The translations under genes were made by a program, and so were the position numbers. DNA of 64,000 bases from Clostridia bacterium (GTDB lineage: Bacteria; Bacillota; Clostridia; TANB77; CAG-508), in the NCBI GenBank assembly GCA_017937285.1, contig JAGBDU010000021.1, positions 15,987 through 79,986 of the forward strand, read 5' to 3'. Under the pieces are notes generated by a model. That model saw nothing but the letters and a program-made list of their open reading frames with translations. It made no database searches and was not told the DNA's origin. Below, piece by piece: positions 20,251-29,396 of the stretch. How positions within the stretch are numbered: the first letter of the stretch is position 1; every line of letters begins with the position of its first letter.

Positions 20251-20391
20251 AACTAAAAATAATCCCTTTTCTACTACTCTAAAAAATGGATGTGAATAGT
20301 AACAACTGGAATTGCCGTTCACAGTCACTTTTTTGAGTAGTGCAAAAGAAAATTTTTTTGAAATGACTTATTATTTGCAATGAATTGTAAC
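20239..20391. repeat. palindromic intergenic elements, copy C plus adjacent partial copy D
   Basis: ATTACAATTCAC (20239-20250) ... GTGAATAGTAAC (20292-20303). Then ttcacagtcactttttt (from ~20318) ... GAATTGTAAC (20382-20391). Confidence 0.5.
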
Positions 20392-20452
20392 AAACTAGTA
20401 TTGAAATAAAATATAATAATATTTATAATATATGCTAAAAGGAGGTAATGCA

Positions 20453-21271
20453 ATGGTAATATTTGGTTATGATATACGAATGTATTTTTTGCTATTTATG
20501 ACATATGCAGTTTTAGGTTGGGTAATGGAGGTAACTTGTAAATTAATAGAAGATAAGAAATTTATAAACAGAGGATTTTTAATAGGCCCTTATTGTCCAA
20601 TTTATGGTTATGGCGCAATACTTATAACAATACTATTAAAAAAATATATAAATGATCCATTTACTTTATTTATAATGGCAATATTAATTTGTGGTGTATT
20701 GGAATATTTAACAAGTTATTTTATGGAAAAAATTTATAAGGCTAGATGGTGGGATTATAGTAGAAAAAAGTTTAACATAAATGGTAGAATTTGTTTGGAT
20801 ACTATATTGCCTTTTGGATTATTAGGATTACTTATTATGTATGTGTTAAATCCATTTTTTTTAGAACAAATAGGTAGATTATCTCAAATATGGTTAAATA
20901 TATTATTTTGGTTATTATTAGGAATTTTTATTTGTGATAATATTATTTCCGAAGTAGTATTAAGAGCAGTAAAAACAACAGAAAAAGGATTTGGAAAAGA
21001 GCTTGATAATACAGAAGAAATTACAAAAAAAGTAAGACAAATATTACAAGAAAAATCTATTCTGCATAGAAGATTGTTAAATGCTTATCCAAAAATTCAA
21101 GCTGTGAAATTTAAAATAAAAGAGCAAAAGGAAAAAATAAAAAAGAAAGGTAAAGAAATACAAGATAATATAGAAGAAAAAAGCAATATGATAAAAGGAG
21201 TTATTGAGCAAAAAAATGCAGAGATAAAGGGCAAGTTGAAAGGTGAGAATAAGGTGGAGAAGGAAAAATAA
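20453..21271 (+). CDS. multi-pass membrane protein (CmpB / putative ABC-transporter type IV family-like) with Lys/Glu-rich tail
   Basis: FLLFMTYAVLGWVMEV...NRGFLIGPYCPIYGYGA is typical of that family. ATG at 20453 sits behind AAGGAGG. Confidence 0.6.
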   Translation: MVIFGYDIRMYFLLFMTYAVLGWVMEVTCKLIEDKKFINRGFLIGPYCPIYGYGAILITILLKKYINDPFTLFIMAILICGVLEYLTSYFMEKIYKARWWDYSRKKFNINGRICLDTILPFGLLGLLIMYVLNPFFLEQIGRLSQIWLNILFWLLLGIFICDNIISEVVLRAVKTTEKGFGKELDNTEEITKKVRQILQEKSILHRRLLNAYPKIQAVKFKIKEQKEKIKKKGKEIQDNIEEKSNMIKGVIEQKNAEIKGKLKGENKVEKEK

Positions 21272-21677
21272 TGTATAATATACTCATAGATGTGGATACA
21301 ATAGAAAAAGGGTACCCAATATTGTGGGCATAAGAAAAAGGTATAAAAAACTAAAATATAGACACAAGAAAAAGGAAAGTAATTTAGATAATATAATAGG
21401 AATTATAACAAATGCTGTAAGACAAAAAACACTAGATAAAGTATTTATAACATAAAAGTTTATTGAATATTAGAATGAAAATTACAGGCGAATTAAATGG
21501 AATAAATAGTAAATTAATTGTCAATGGTTTTATCCTGAATATATATTGAGATATATAGACTTTTATATATAAATATGATAATATAATTATATAGGAAAAT
21601 ATTTTATATACATATTTATGCAAAAAATGACAAAATCTAAGTATATAAAAATGTTTTTATCTGAAAGGAGGAAAATA

Positions 21678-22154
21678 ATGAAAAATAAAAAAATTATAAC
21701 GAGTATTGCAATAATTGCAATTTTGGTATCTAGTTTAATAGGACTAACAGGATGTACAACAAAAAAATCATTTACATATAAAGTTGAAACAGGAGACACA
21801 ATAAAAGTTGAAATGAAAACAAGTGGAGGTTATGATTTAACATCAGAATTACCAATTAAATTTAGTAAAGATGACGAGGTAATTTCGCAAGGTACTTTTG
21901 CACAAAAAGAAGCATACAAAACATATCGTGAATTAATGGAAGACCAAGACAATGTAAAGATTTTAGAAGAAAAAGAAAATGATGATATTGAATATTTCTT
22001 CTATGAAGTTAAAAATAACTATACTGACGAAGTTGAGTATGATTATATTATAAAAATTAAAAACTCAGATACATGCTTTATGCTTGGCAATACAGAAAGT
22101 GAAGAATCTGCAAAAGATGTGTTTAAAAGATTAACATTTTCAGTAGAAGATTAA
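21678..22154 (+). CDS. lipoprotein, function unknown
   Basis: Signal peptide with lipobox LTGC (MKNKKIITSIAIIAILVSSLIGLTGC). ATG at 21678 sits behind AAGGAGG. Confidence 0.7.
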   Translation: MKNKKIITSIAIIAILVSSLIGLTGCTTKKSFTYKVETGDTIKVEMKTSGGYDLTSELPIKFSKDDEVISQGTFAQKEAYKTYRELMEDQDNVKILEEKENDDIEYFFYEVKNNYTDEVEYDYIIKIKNSDTCFMLGNTESEESAKDVFKRLTFSVED

Positions 22155-22297
22155 AATTAATTATTAAAAAAGAAAAGTATTTGAATAAAATTAGATATCC
22201 CAAAAGAAGTATTTGAACATGAAAAAATCAAATACTTCTTTTTATGGTTCGATTATCTGTCAAAATTGTAAAAGCATCTAAAAAGATAAATGAAGCT

Positions 22298-22394
22298 GTT
22301 ACAGTTCAAACCATTAGTAAGATGGTCTATTCACAGTCACTTTTTTATAATATAAACCCTTTGGAACGGCTCGCTTTTTGCTGAGAATAGCAAC
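22298..22394. repeat. palindromic intergenic element, copy B
   Basis: gttacagttca at 22298. The core 22329-22394 (attcacagtcacttttttataatataaaccctttggaacggc...gagaatagcaac) is colinear with copy A. Confidence 0.55.
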
Positions 22395-22497
22395 ATAAGA
22401 TGTTATAAATTAAAAGAAATAGAGCAAAATAGACTTGATATTAATAGCTATAATTAATATAATACAAGTATATTAAATTTATATTGGAGGGATTATA

Positions 22498-22878
22498 ATG
22501 AAAAATAATTTGATTTTGAAAAAATGTGCAAAGTGTGGAGCACTTGTAAAAATAATAGAGGATTGCAATTGCGAAGATTGCGGAATTAAGTGTTGTGGAG
22601 AAGAAATGAAAGTTGTTACTCCAAATAGCATAGAAGCGGCAGTTGAAAAACATATTCCAACTTATGAAAGAGTGGAAGATGAAATATTTGTAAAAGTAAA
22701 TCATGTTATGGAAAAGGAACATTTTATTGAATGGGTTGCAATGGTAACAGATACAAGAGAAGAATTTGTAAAATTATATCCAGAGCAAAATGCAGAGTGT
22801 AGATTTAAATATGTGCCTGGTGCAAAGTTATATGCTTATTGTAATAAGCATGGATTATGGGTTGCTGATGTAAAATAA
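22498..22878 (+). CDS. dfx: desulfoferrodoxin (2Fe superoxide reductase)
   Basis: N-terminal desulforedoxin Cys cluster (CAKCGA...CCGEEM) and SOR centre motifs (EKHIP, HVMEKEHFIEW, CNKHGLW). Confidence 0.9.
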   Translation: MKNNLILKKCAKCGALVKIIEDCNCEDCGIKCCGEEMKVVTPNSIEAAVEKHIPTYERVEDEIFVKVNHVMEKEHFIEWVAMVTDTREEFVKLYPEQNAECRFKYVPGAKLYAYCNKHGLWVADVK

Positions 22879-23368
22879 TTAAAAAAATCAAACAAAATAT
22901 AGTATTAAATAAATCTAAATAATAGAATTGTAAAAGAGGAAATCTTTTATAAAAAATAGTACAAAATTAATACTGTTTGAGATGTAGGTTTAACGGTTAT
23001 GGGGGCTAATTTAATTGTTGTAGAAATTGACAAGGATGTAACTAATATTTTAATAGAGAATAAGTAATAATAACAAAGAAATAAAAAAAACGAATAACAC
23101 CTAGGAAACACAATGCAAATACACTGTTAGATGTAAATAAATGAATTTACATCTAATTTTTTTGATTGACAAACATAATATATAAACGAAAAAATCAAGA
23201 GCAAAAGTAAGTAGTTAAAAGGAAAGAAACACACTAGATATACTGCACAGTGTGTCTTCAATGACTCAAGCCTATACATATTGGGAACGTTAAAATGTGC
23301 AATGTTCCCAATATGCAAATTTTGAATATGAAACTTATTCAATAAAACTCTATTTATAGGCATCAAAA

Positions 23369-23761
23369 TTATATTTTAAATGAGTAGGGTAATAAATCCT
23401 CTAGTTTATATGAAGTAATTTTGTTATTTTGATTTCCTATATATATAATAAAATTACTATCAACAAATTCGCTCATAAATTGTCTACAATACCCGCATGG
23501 TAGGCATTCATCTAGATCATCAATACTTTTTCCACCACATAAAACTAAACATTCAAATTCTCTTTCACCTTCAGAAATTGCTTTGGTAAATGCTACTCTT
23601 TCTGCACAAATAGACATTATTCCATGATTTTCTACATTACATCCAGTATAAATTTTTCCGTTTTTACATAAAAGTGCTGCTCCAACATAATATTTGCTAT
23701 ATGGTGCATAAGATCTTTGCATTGCTGATTTTGCTATTTCAATTAATTCATCTATATTCAT
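23369..23761 (-). CDS. cdd: cytidine deaminase
   Basis: CAERVAF and PCGYCRQF zinc-binding motifs, 130 aa. Confidence 0.92.
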   Translation of the reverse strand: MNIDELIEIAKSAMQRSYAPYSKYYVGAALLCKNGKIYTGCNVENHGIMSICAERVAFTKAISEGEREFECLVLCGGKSIDDLDECLPCGYCRQFMSEFVDSNFIIYIGNQNNKITSYKLEDLLPYSFKI

Positions 23762-24014
23762 ATAATCATCCTTATTTTATTAAATTTATAAACTATTATA
23801 TTTTACTACTAAATATAATAATTTACTTTATTATATATTAAAAATTATACCTTATCAATATATTTTAATTTTTTGTCTATATTTCAATGCACATGGGGTA
23901 TGTTAAAAGTGTGCAGAGAAAATAAGTAAATATTGAAGAAAAATATTTATATTGAAAATTAATTTCCGTTTTTATATAATTACCTCAATAAAAAGTGCGT
24001 TGCAGGAGAAAATT

Positions 24015-24380
24015 ATGAGTATAAAAGTAAATAATATAAATATACATTATGAAGTTATAGGAGAAGGAAAAGAAATAATTTGCTAAACCCAAATTCTATA
24101 AATACAAATTCAATGAGATTTATAGCCGATAAATTATCAAAAAAATTTAAAGTTTATATTTTTGACAGAAGATGTTGTGGTAAAAGTGAAAAGAATAGAT
24201 ATACCTGCTCTAATTGTAAATAGAGGAGAAAAAGATATAGTTCCAGTAAGTGAAGCTAAATATATATCAGAAAACATTAAAAATTCTAAATTATTGATAC
24301 TTGAAAATGAAGGACATTTTAGCTATATGATAAATTGTAAATGGTATAATGAGTTAGAAAAATTTTTAATGGAAATTTGA
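24015..24380 (+). pseudogene. alpha/beta-hydrolase remnant (premature stop plus internal deletion)
   Basis: N-terminal MSIKVNNINIHYEVIGEGKEI then a stop. The next frame gives ...KVYIFDRRCCGKSEKN joined directly to the C-terminal IPALIVNRGEKDIVP...LENEGHFSYM. The nucleophile-elbow region is absent. Confidence 0.6.
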
Positions 24381-24580
24381 AAATCACATCAACTTAAATA
24401 ATCAGAATAATGAAGACGGACATTGTATATGTTTTTTGTTTAATGATTTTTAGTGAATAATTATTTCAGAAAATAGTAATTTGCAAAAATTAACATAAAG
24501 AGGTATAATTAGAGTGTATTCGTAAGAATGCACTTTATTCGTTCGGCAAAATTAAGTTTTAATTTTAGGAGGTTACAATT

Positions 24581-25513
24581 ATGAACAAGACAACAGCTAA
24601 GAACGATATTCAGGTGGTACTTCAGGAGTATATTGGAAACAGAAAGGCAAAGAAAGTAGCCGAGGCAGTGTATGAGGTAATGCAGGCAGAAACTCAGCAT
24701 ACACACAACGGCAAGAAGTTCTTTATCAATGAAGATGAAATTGGAGCACTTGTGCTCACAATGGAGTCTATGGTAAAGAAGTCAGTTGAGGCAATTTTGT
24801 ACCAGAATCTTGAAGAAGACGAGGTAGGGGAGTGTCTTGAGCAACTTATGGCAGAAAGTAATGCAACTGAAATAGAAAAGATTATTGGCATTGAAACTAT
24901 TCATGTTGAAGGCTCAGATAGTAAGATTTATTCCGAACTGTTGGAACACAAAGCTTTGAACAATCGTGAAAAGGAATTCATGAAGAATCTCCGAACAGCG
25001 ATTGAAGCTGGAATAAAAAGTTTCGAAGTTCCTGTTTGTGATCCGTCAATTGATGGAAATGGTAAACTTCAGTTTATCCCAGGTTGTAAAGTAGCAGTTG
25101 CCTATTCCTATAATGAACTGGAAAAACTGGCAGAGGAAAATAGTGTACGTTTGGGAACTAAGAATGAGTATTTTCTGTTTTTAGGAACAATCCTCAACAG
25201 GTTAATTGCGGAAGGTTGGTCTGAAAGAGCGGCATTTGAAGCAGTATGTACTGATTCAACAGAGTTGGGACATTACGCAAATTCGGCAGATGCGAAAGAT
25301 GACTTTGAGTTAACTGGTTCAAGAAAAATTGTAGGTAAGTGCGATCTTGCAAATGCCTGCAAGATTCTTGCAAATGACGAAAAGGCCGGTGGTTTCTGGC
25401 TTGCTGGTGGTTTCTACTATCGCGATGGTAGCCACTGTCCGCTCGCCTGCCTTTACCTTTACAGCTGCTATGATAGTCGCAGCAACTATTGTGTTGGTTG
25501 GTTTGTGCTTTAA
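24581..25513 (+). CDS. hypothetical protein of foreign composition
   Basis: 310-aa ORF behind AGGAGG with a TTGCAA-17-TATAAT promoter and a GC-rich terminator (agagctctct/agagagctct at about 25549-25575). GC is clearly above the local background. No known motif. Confidence 0.5.
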   Translation: MNKTTAKNDIQVVLQEYIGNRKAKKVAEAVYEVMQAETQHTHNGKKFFINEDEIGALVLTMESMVKKSVEAILYQNLEEDEVGECLEQLMAESNATEIEKIIGIETIHVEGSDSKIYSELLEHKALNNREKEFMKNLRTAIEAGIKSFEVPVCDPSIDGNGKLQFIPGCKVAVAYSYNELEKLAEENSVRLGTKNEYFLFLGTILNRLIAEGWSERAAFEAVCTDSTELGHYANSADAKDDFELTGSRKIVGKCDLANACKILANDEKAGGFWLAGGFYYRDGSHCPLACLYLYSCYDSRSNYCVGWFVL

Positions 25514-25678
25514 GTAGCACTGTCCACTGATACTGCATCTGAACGATAGAGCTCTCTAACTTAGAGAGCTCTGTTTCGTTATATAGATAAAAAAATATGT
25601 AAAACATTAAATGTATTTTTATTTATACTATAATGGTATATAATTAAGATATAAATAAATTATATAAAAGAGGTAAAA

Positions 25679-25810
25679 ATGAGTAATAATGAATTAGTGA
25701 TTATACCTAAAATAGAGAAATATATAGAATATATGTTAACAATATTAATAAAATTACCAAGAATAGAAAAATTTAGTATAGGAACAGAAATAAAAACAAA
25801 TGCGATGTAA
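25679..25810 (+). pseudogene. N-terminal fragment of a four-helix-bundle (Avd / 23S-IVS-like) protein
   Basis: 43 codons (IPKIEKYIEYMLTILIKLPRIEKFSIGTEIK) resemble the N-terminus of that family. The ORF is truncated by a stop. Confidence 0.35.
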
Positions 25811-26086
25811 ATGAAATTTGGTAAGATTTTAGAAGATGTTTTATTTGCAAGATTTTTAAATATGTGTTATTATATTAATGTAGTATTTCCATTCGACCAT
25901 TCGCGTGATACTACCGAAGAAATTGATAACTAAAATAGTTTGAATAATAGAAAATGTTGAGAACCTTTTTCTATGAATGGCAAAAATTTAAACCATAGCA
26001 AAATTATGGTTGTTTTTGCTGTTGACAGAAAGGAGGTTCTTGTTGTATATACAACCAAATTTATTAATAAAAAGGAGAAATAAATT

Positions 26087-26851
26087 ATGCAAGAAAAAGA
26101 AATTGAATATTACGAAAGAATAGAAAACTGGAATTTTGATGATATAAAGTGTGACACAGTAAAAATTACAGATTGGGACTTTTATGAAAAGATAAAAGAA
26201 AACACTAACAAAAATTCATTATGTTTAGATTTAGGAACAGGTGGAGGAGAAAAAGTTTTACAAAAATATCCAAATGTAGGAATGATAATAGCAACTGATA
26301 TTTCAAAAAGTATGATAAAAACAGCCAAAGAAAATGCCAAAGAATATCCAGATAAAAAAATAAAATTTGTACAAATGAATAATTTACAAATGACATTTCC
26401 AAAAGGCATATTTGATTTAATTTCAGCAAGACATACAATAATAAATGCAAAGGAAATTTTTGAATGCTTGTCTGATGAAGGAACTTTGGTAATACAAGGA
26501 ATAGATAAAATGGATTGCATAGAAATAAAGAAAATCTTTAAAAGAGGTCAGGGTTATAATGACAAAATGTCAATAGCAGAGCAAGATTATAATGATTTAA
26601 TAAACGCAGGTTTCAGCCGAATAGAAAAAGTGGAGATATTAGAGGATGAGTATTATGAAACAGAAGATGATTTAATGGCTCTGTTATTAAAAACACCGAT
26701 ATTGAATGATTTTTCTGAAGTGAATAATGAAAAGATTGAGGATAAAGATAGAGTGAAGAAGGATTTTTTTGATGAATACGTGAAGAGGTATAAAACTGAG
26801 AGAGGAATTTTGCTAAAGAGAAGATTGTATGGAATTGTGGCGAAGAAGTAA
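26087..26851 (+). CDS. class I SAM-dependent methyltransferase
   Basis: Motif I is LDLGTGGGE; the fold length is typical. Confidence 0.8.
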   Translation: MQEKEIEYYERIENWNFDDIKCDTVKITDWDFYEKIKENTNKNSLCLDLGTGGGEKVLQKYPNVGMIIATDISKSMIKTAKENAKEYPDKKIKFVQMNNLQMTFPKGIFDLISARHTIINAKEIFECLSDEGTLVIQGIDKMDCIEIKKIFKRGQGYNDKMSIAEQDYNDLINAGFSRIEKVEILEDEYYETEDDLMALLLKTPILNDFSEVNNEKIEDKDRVKKDFFDEYVKRYKTERGILLKRRLYGIVAKK

Positions 26852-27141
26852 AAAAGAAGAAATAGCTAGTGGTTTAGCTGTTTCTTCTTTTAAATTCAAA
26901 ATATTTAAATTAGTTTTTTTGATACTATAAAATCTCTTACCGTATAGTTATTTTTTAGATAAAGATTCATATCATAAAGAAACCTGATATGGAAGATAGA
27001 AAAGTAAATTTTATGTAAATAATCAGCACTCTATGTTGACAAGTGCTAAAAAATAGTATAAATTACCATAAGTCGTTTATTAAATGTGCTAAAAAATAAA
27101 ATGTATTAAGCACAAAATATAAAAAAGAAAGAAGGAATTTT

Positions 27142-28161
27142 ATGCAGAAAATAACAGTTAAAAGTATATTCTTAAATTTATTGAAGTTAATGTTTATTAT
27201 GTTATTTGTAGGTATATTTTCACAAATATTCGGATCAAATAATTCTTTAACATGGGTATGTATATTAATAGGCACAATGATGTATTGGTATATGGATATT
27301 GGTATTGACAAAAGACAAGCACCTTTTATTATTGTTCTAATGTTTTTACTAACAGGAATTTCTAATAGAATAGCATTAATAAATCCAATATTAGGATTTG
27401 TTATAAATTTTATTACGATTTTTATAATTATGTATATTCCATCAGCTAAACCTGAATATAAAGCATATATACCATTTATTTTATGTTACATATTTGACCA
27501 ATCTAATCCAGCAATAGGAAATGATTTTGCAACAAGAATGGCTAGCCTTTTCATAGGTGGAATAATGGTAGCATTAATATACTATTTTAGACATAGAAAA
27601 TCTGAAGTAAATCACAACACAATTCAATATACATTAAAACATATAAATATAACATCTAATAGATTTATTATAGCAATTAAAATGGCAATCGGGGTAAGTA
27701 TTGCAATGTTAATTGGGACTTTATTTGGATTAAAACGTACTATGTGGATTTCTATGTCTGTTATGTCTTTAACACAAATTGATTTTGAACATACACAAAA
27801 AAGATTTATAAGCAGAATTATTTCTACAGTAATTGGATCATTTGCATTTGCACTATTATTTCAAGTGCTAATACCAGCAAAATATGATGTTTTAGTTACA
27901 ATTATTTTGAATTATATTTATACATTTATAAAAGATTACAAATATCAGGTGATATTTATTACAGTAAATTCAATTAGCTCTGCTTCAGCACTTTTTGATA
28001 CTAGTACTGCAATTGAGTTAAGAATAATGTTAATTATTTTTGGATGTGTATTAGGATATGTTATTAATAGAATAAATTTTAGAAAATATTTAGTGCTTTT
28101 AAAAAGAAATTTGAAATCAAAAGAAAGGCTAAAAATAGGTAAGTTAAATTATAGTCATTAA
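27142..28161 (+). CDS. integral membrane protein (FUSC/ArAE-like)
   Basis: About 9-10 hydrophobic helices. RIISTVIGSFAFALLFQ resembles FUSC-family signature helices. Confidence 0.45.
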   Translation: MQKITVKSIFLNLLKLMFIMLFVGIFSQIFGSNNSLTWVCILIGTMMYWYMDIGIDKRQAPFIIVLMFLLTGISNRIALINPILGFVINFITIFIIMYIPSAKPEYKAYIPFILCYIFDQSNPAIGNDFATRMASLFIGGIMVALIYYFRHRKSEVNHNTIQYTLKHINITSNRFIIAIKMAIGVSIAMLIGTLFGLKRTMWISMSVMSLTQIDFEHTQKRFISRIISTVIGSFAFALLFQVLIPAKYDVLVTIILNYIYTFIKDYKYQVIFITVNSISSASALFDTSTAIELRIMLIIFGCVLGYVINRINFRKYLVLLKRNLKSKERLKIGKLNYSH

Positions 28162-28378
28162 AATTTATAAAAACATAAAAAATAAGATATGGAAATTATA
28201 TGAAATATCCTAAATGTAATGAAAAAAGTTGGAATAAAAAAGTATTAATTTAAGTTTGCTTTTGATATATAATTCGAAATGTAGATATAAGGATAATAAT
28301 GGTGACGGAAAAGAAGAGCAAATGGTTTTGAAGTGTTATTTAAATTTTTTTAATAAATAAAATTGAAGGATGGAAAAT

Positions 28379-28960
28379 ATGAAAAGTATAGAAAGATATT
28401 ATGATATTACTGAATCAGACAAACCAAGGTCAAGTGTTAAATATTTTATAGAAAATATAAAATGCAATCCCAGTACAGCAATAGAGCTAGGATGTGGAGC
28501 AGGAAATGATACAGTATATCTGATAAAAAATGGCTGGAATGTTTTAGCAGTTGATAAGGAAAATGTTGAAGAGCGAATAGCAAAAAGATTAACATCAGAA
28601 GAATTGCAGAGGTTCAAATTTCAACAACAAAGTTTTGAAAATGTAAGATTAGAAAAAACAAAATTAATTGTAGCAAATTATTCTTTACCATTTTGCAATA
28701 AAGATAAATTCGAAGATTTATGGAATGATATAAAATTAAATATACAAAAAGATGGTTATTTTATAGGAAACTTTTTCGGACTAAATGATAGCTGGCATAT
28801 GAGTAAAGCAGAGATGACATTTTTATCAAAGGAACAGGTAATTGATTTGTTTAGTGATTTTGAGATTTTGCTCTTTAGAGAAGTGGAAGAAGATGGAAAG
28901 ACGGGGTTAGGAAGGATAAAACATTGGCAGGTATTTCATGTGATTGCTAGGAGAAAGTGA
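28379..28960 (+). CDS. TehB-like SAM-dependent methyltransferase
   Basis: ELGCGAGNDTVYLIKNGWNVLAVD is motif I. A paralogue with the same layout lies at 55902-56483. The second ATG (28379) has better RBS spacing. Confidence 0.75.
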   Translation: MKSIERYYDITESDKPRSSVKYFIENIKCNPSTAIELGCGAGNDTVYLIKNGWNVLAVDKENVEERIAKRLTSEELQRFKFQQQSFENVRLEKTKLIVANYSLPFCNKDKFEDLWNDIKLNIQKDGYFIGNFFGLNDSWHMSKAEMTFLSKEQVIDLFSDFEILLFREVEEDGKTGLGRIKHWQVFHVIARRK

Positions 28961-29157
28961 TGGAGGGAATTGATTTCAAAGGTGTTATTAATAAGTGTGT
29001 AATTGTGCGTGAGGAATGGAATAGTATATGAAGAGTGTTTGTTGTGTTAAAGTGAATATTGAAGAGGTTTATTAAAATGTGAGAGGATTAAAGTTTTATT
29101 AGAAGATGATATATTTTGAGGGCGGTTGTGTTTTTGAAGGAATTATAGTGGACGGGT

Positions 29158-29202
29158 CTCATAACCCGAAGGTCGTAAGTTCGAGTCTTACCCCCGCAAC
29201 CA
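29158..29202 (+). repeat. att-type direct repeat 1 = 3' half of an initiator tRNA-Met (anticodon loop to CCA)
   Basis: CTCATAACCCGAAGGTCGTAAGTTCGAGTCTTACCCCCGCAACCA. No D-arm or 5' acceptor strand (CGCGGGG) lies upstream. Confidence 0.8.
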
Positions 29203-29213
29203 AGAATTTGACT

Positions 29214-29248
29214 AGAGTCGCAAGAGATTGCAGACTCTTATTTTTTTT
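29214..29248 (+). terminator. intrinsic terminator following repeat 1
   Basis: agagtcgcaa-gaga-ttgc-a-gactct hairpin followed by T8. Confidence 0.6.
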
Positions 29249-29396
29249 GTCTCTGACATAATTTTGACGTAAATGGGGACAGCTTGGGGACACAAGCTTT
29301 TATAAAGCTCATAAAATAGCATAAATCCTAATTTACAATCTTAAAAAAAGCAATTTTTGAATTTATTGAAATTAAGAGTTTTAGCTGATAAGTATA

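Noticed and set aside
21272-21470. Short ORF fragments (MYNILIDVDTIEKGYPILWA..., ...KRYKKLKYRHKKKE...) that might be a transposase or phage-gene remnant.
   Set aside because: No recognisable family motif, and the fragments are too short to support any call.
23277-23915. Similar short motif (gg.a.gttaaaa.tgtgca) on both sides of cdd (about 23285-23305 and 23890-23915).
   Set aside because: Only ~14-16 matching positions with gaps. One copy is part of a hairpin downstream of cdd. This is insufficient to call a regulatory site.
25194-25607. 137-aa minus-strand ORF antisense to the 24581-25513 gene.
   Set aside because: It has no RBS and its composition is driven by the GC-richer sense gene. 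The sense ORF has a promoter, RBS and terminator.
25679-25810. Diversity-generating retroelement suggested by the Avd-like fragment.
   Set aside because: Only a 43-codon fragment is present. No reverse transcriptase, template/variable repeat pair or target gene is visible nearby.
29100-29202. Intact initiator tRNA-Met gene at repeat 1 (and at repeats 2 and 3).
   Set aside because: Upstream sequences lack the CGCGGGG acceptor strand and a D-arm. The anticodon stem is disrupted (extra T in gacgggTctcataa). Only the 3' half is present in all three copies.
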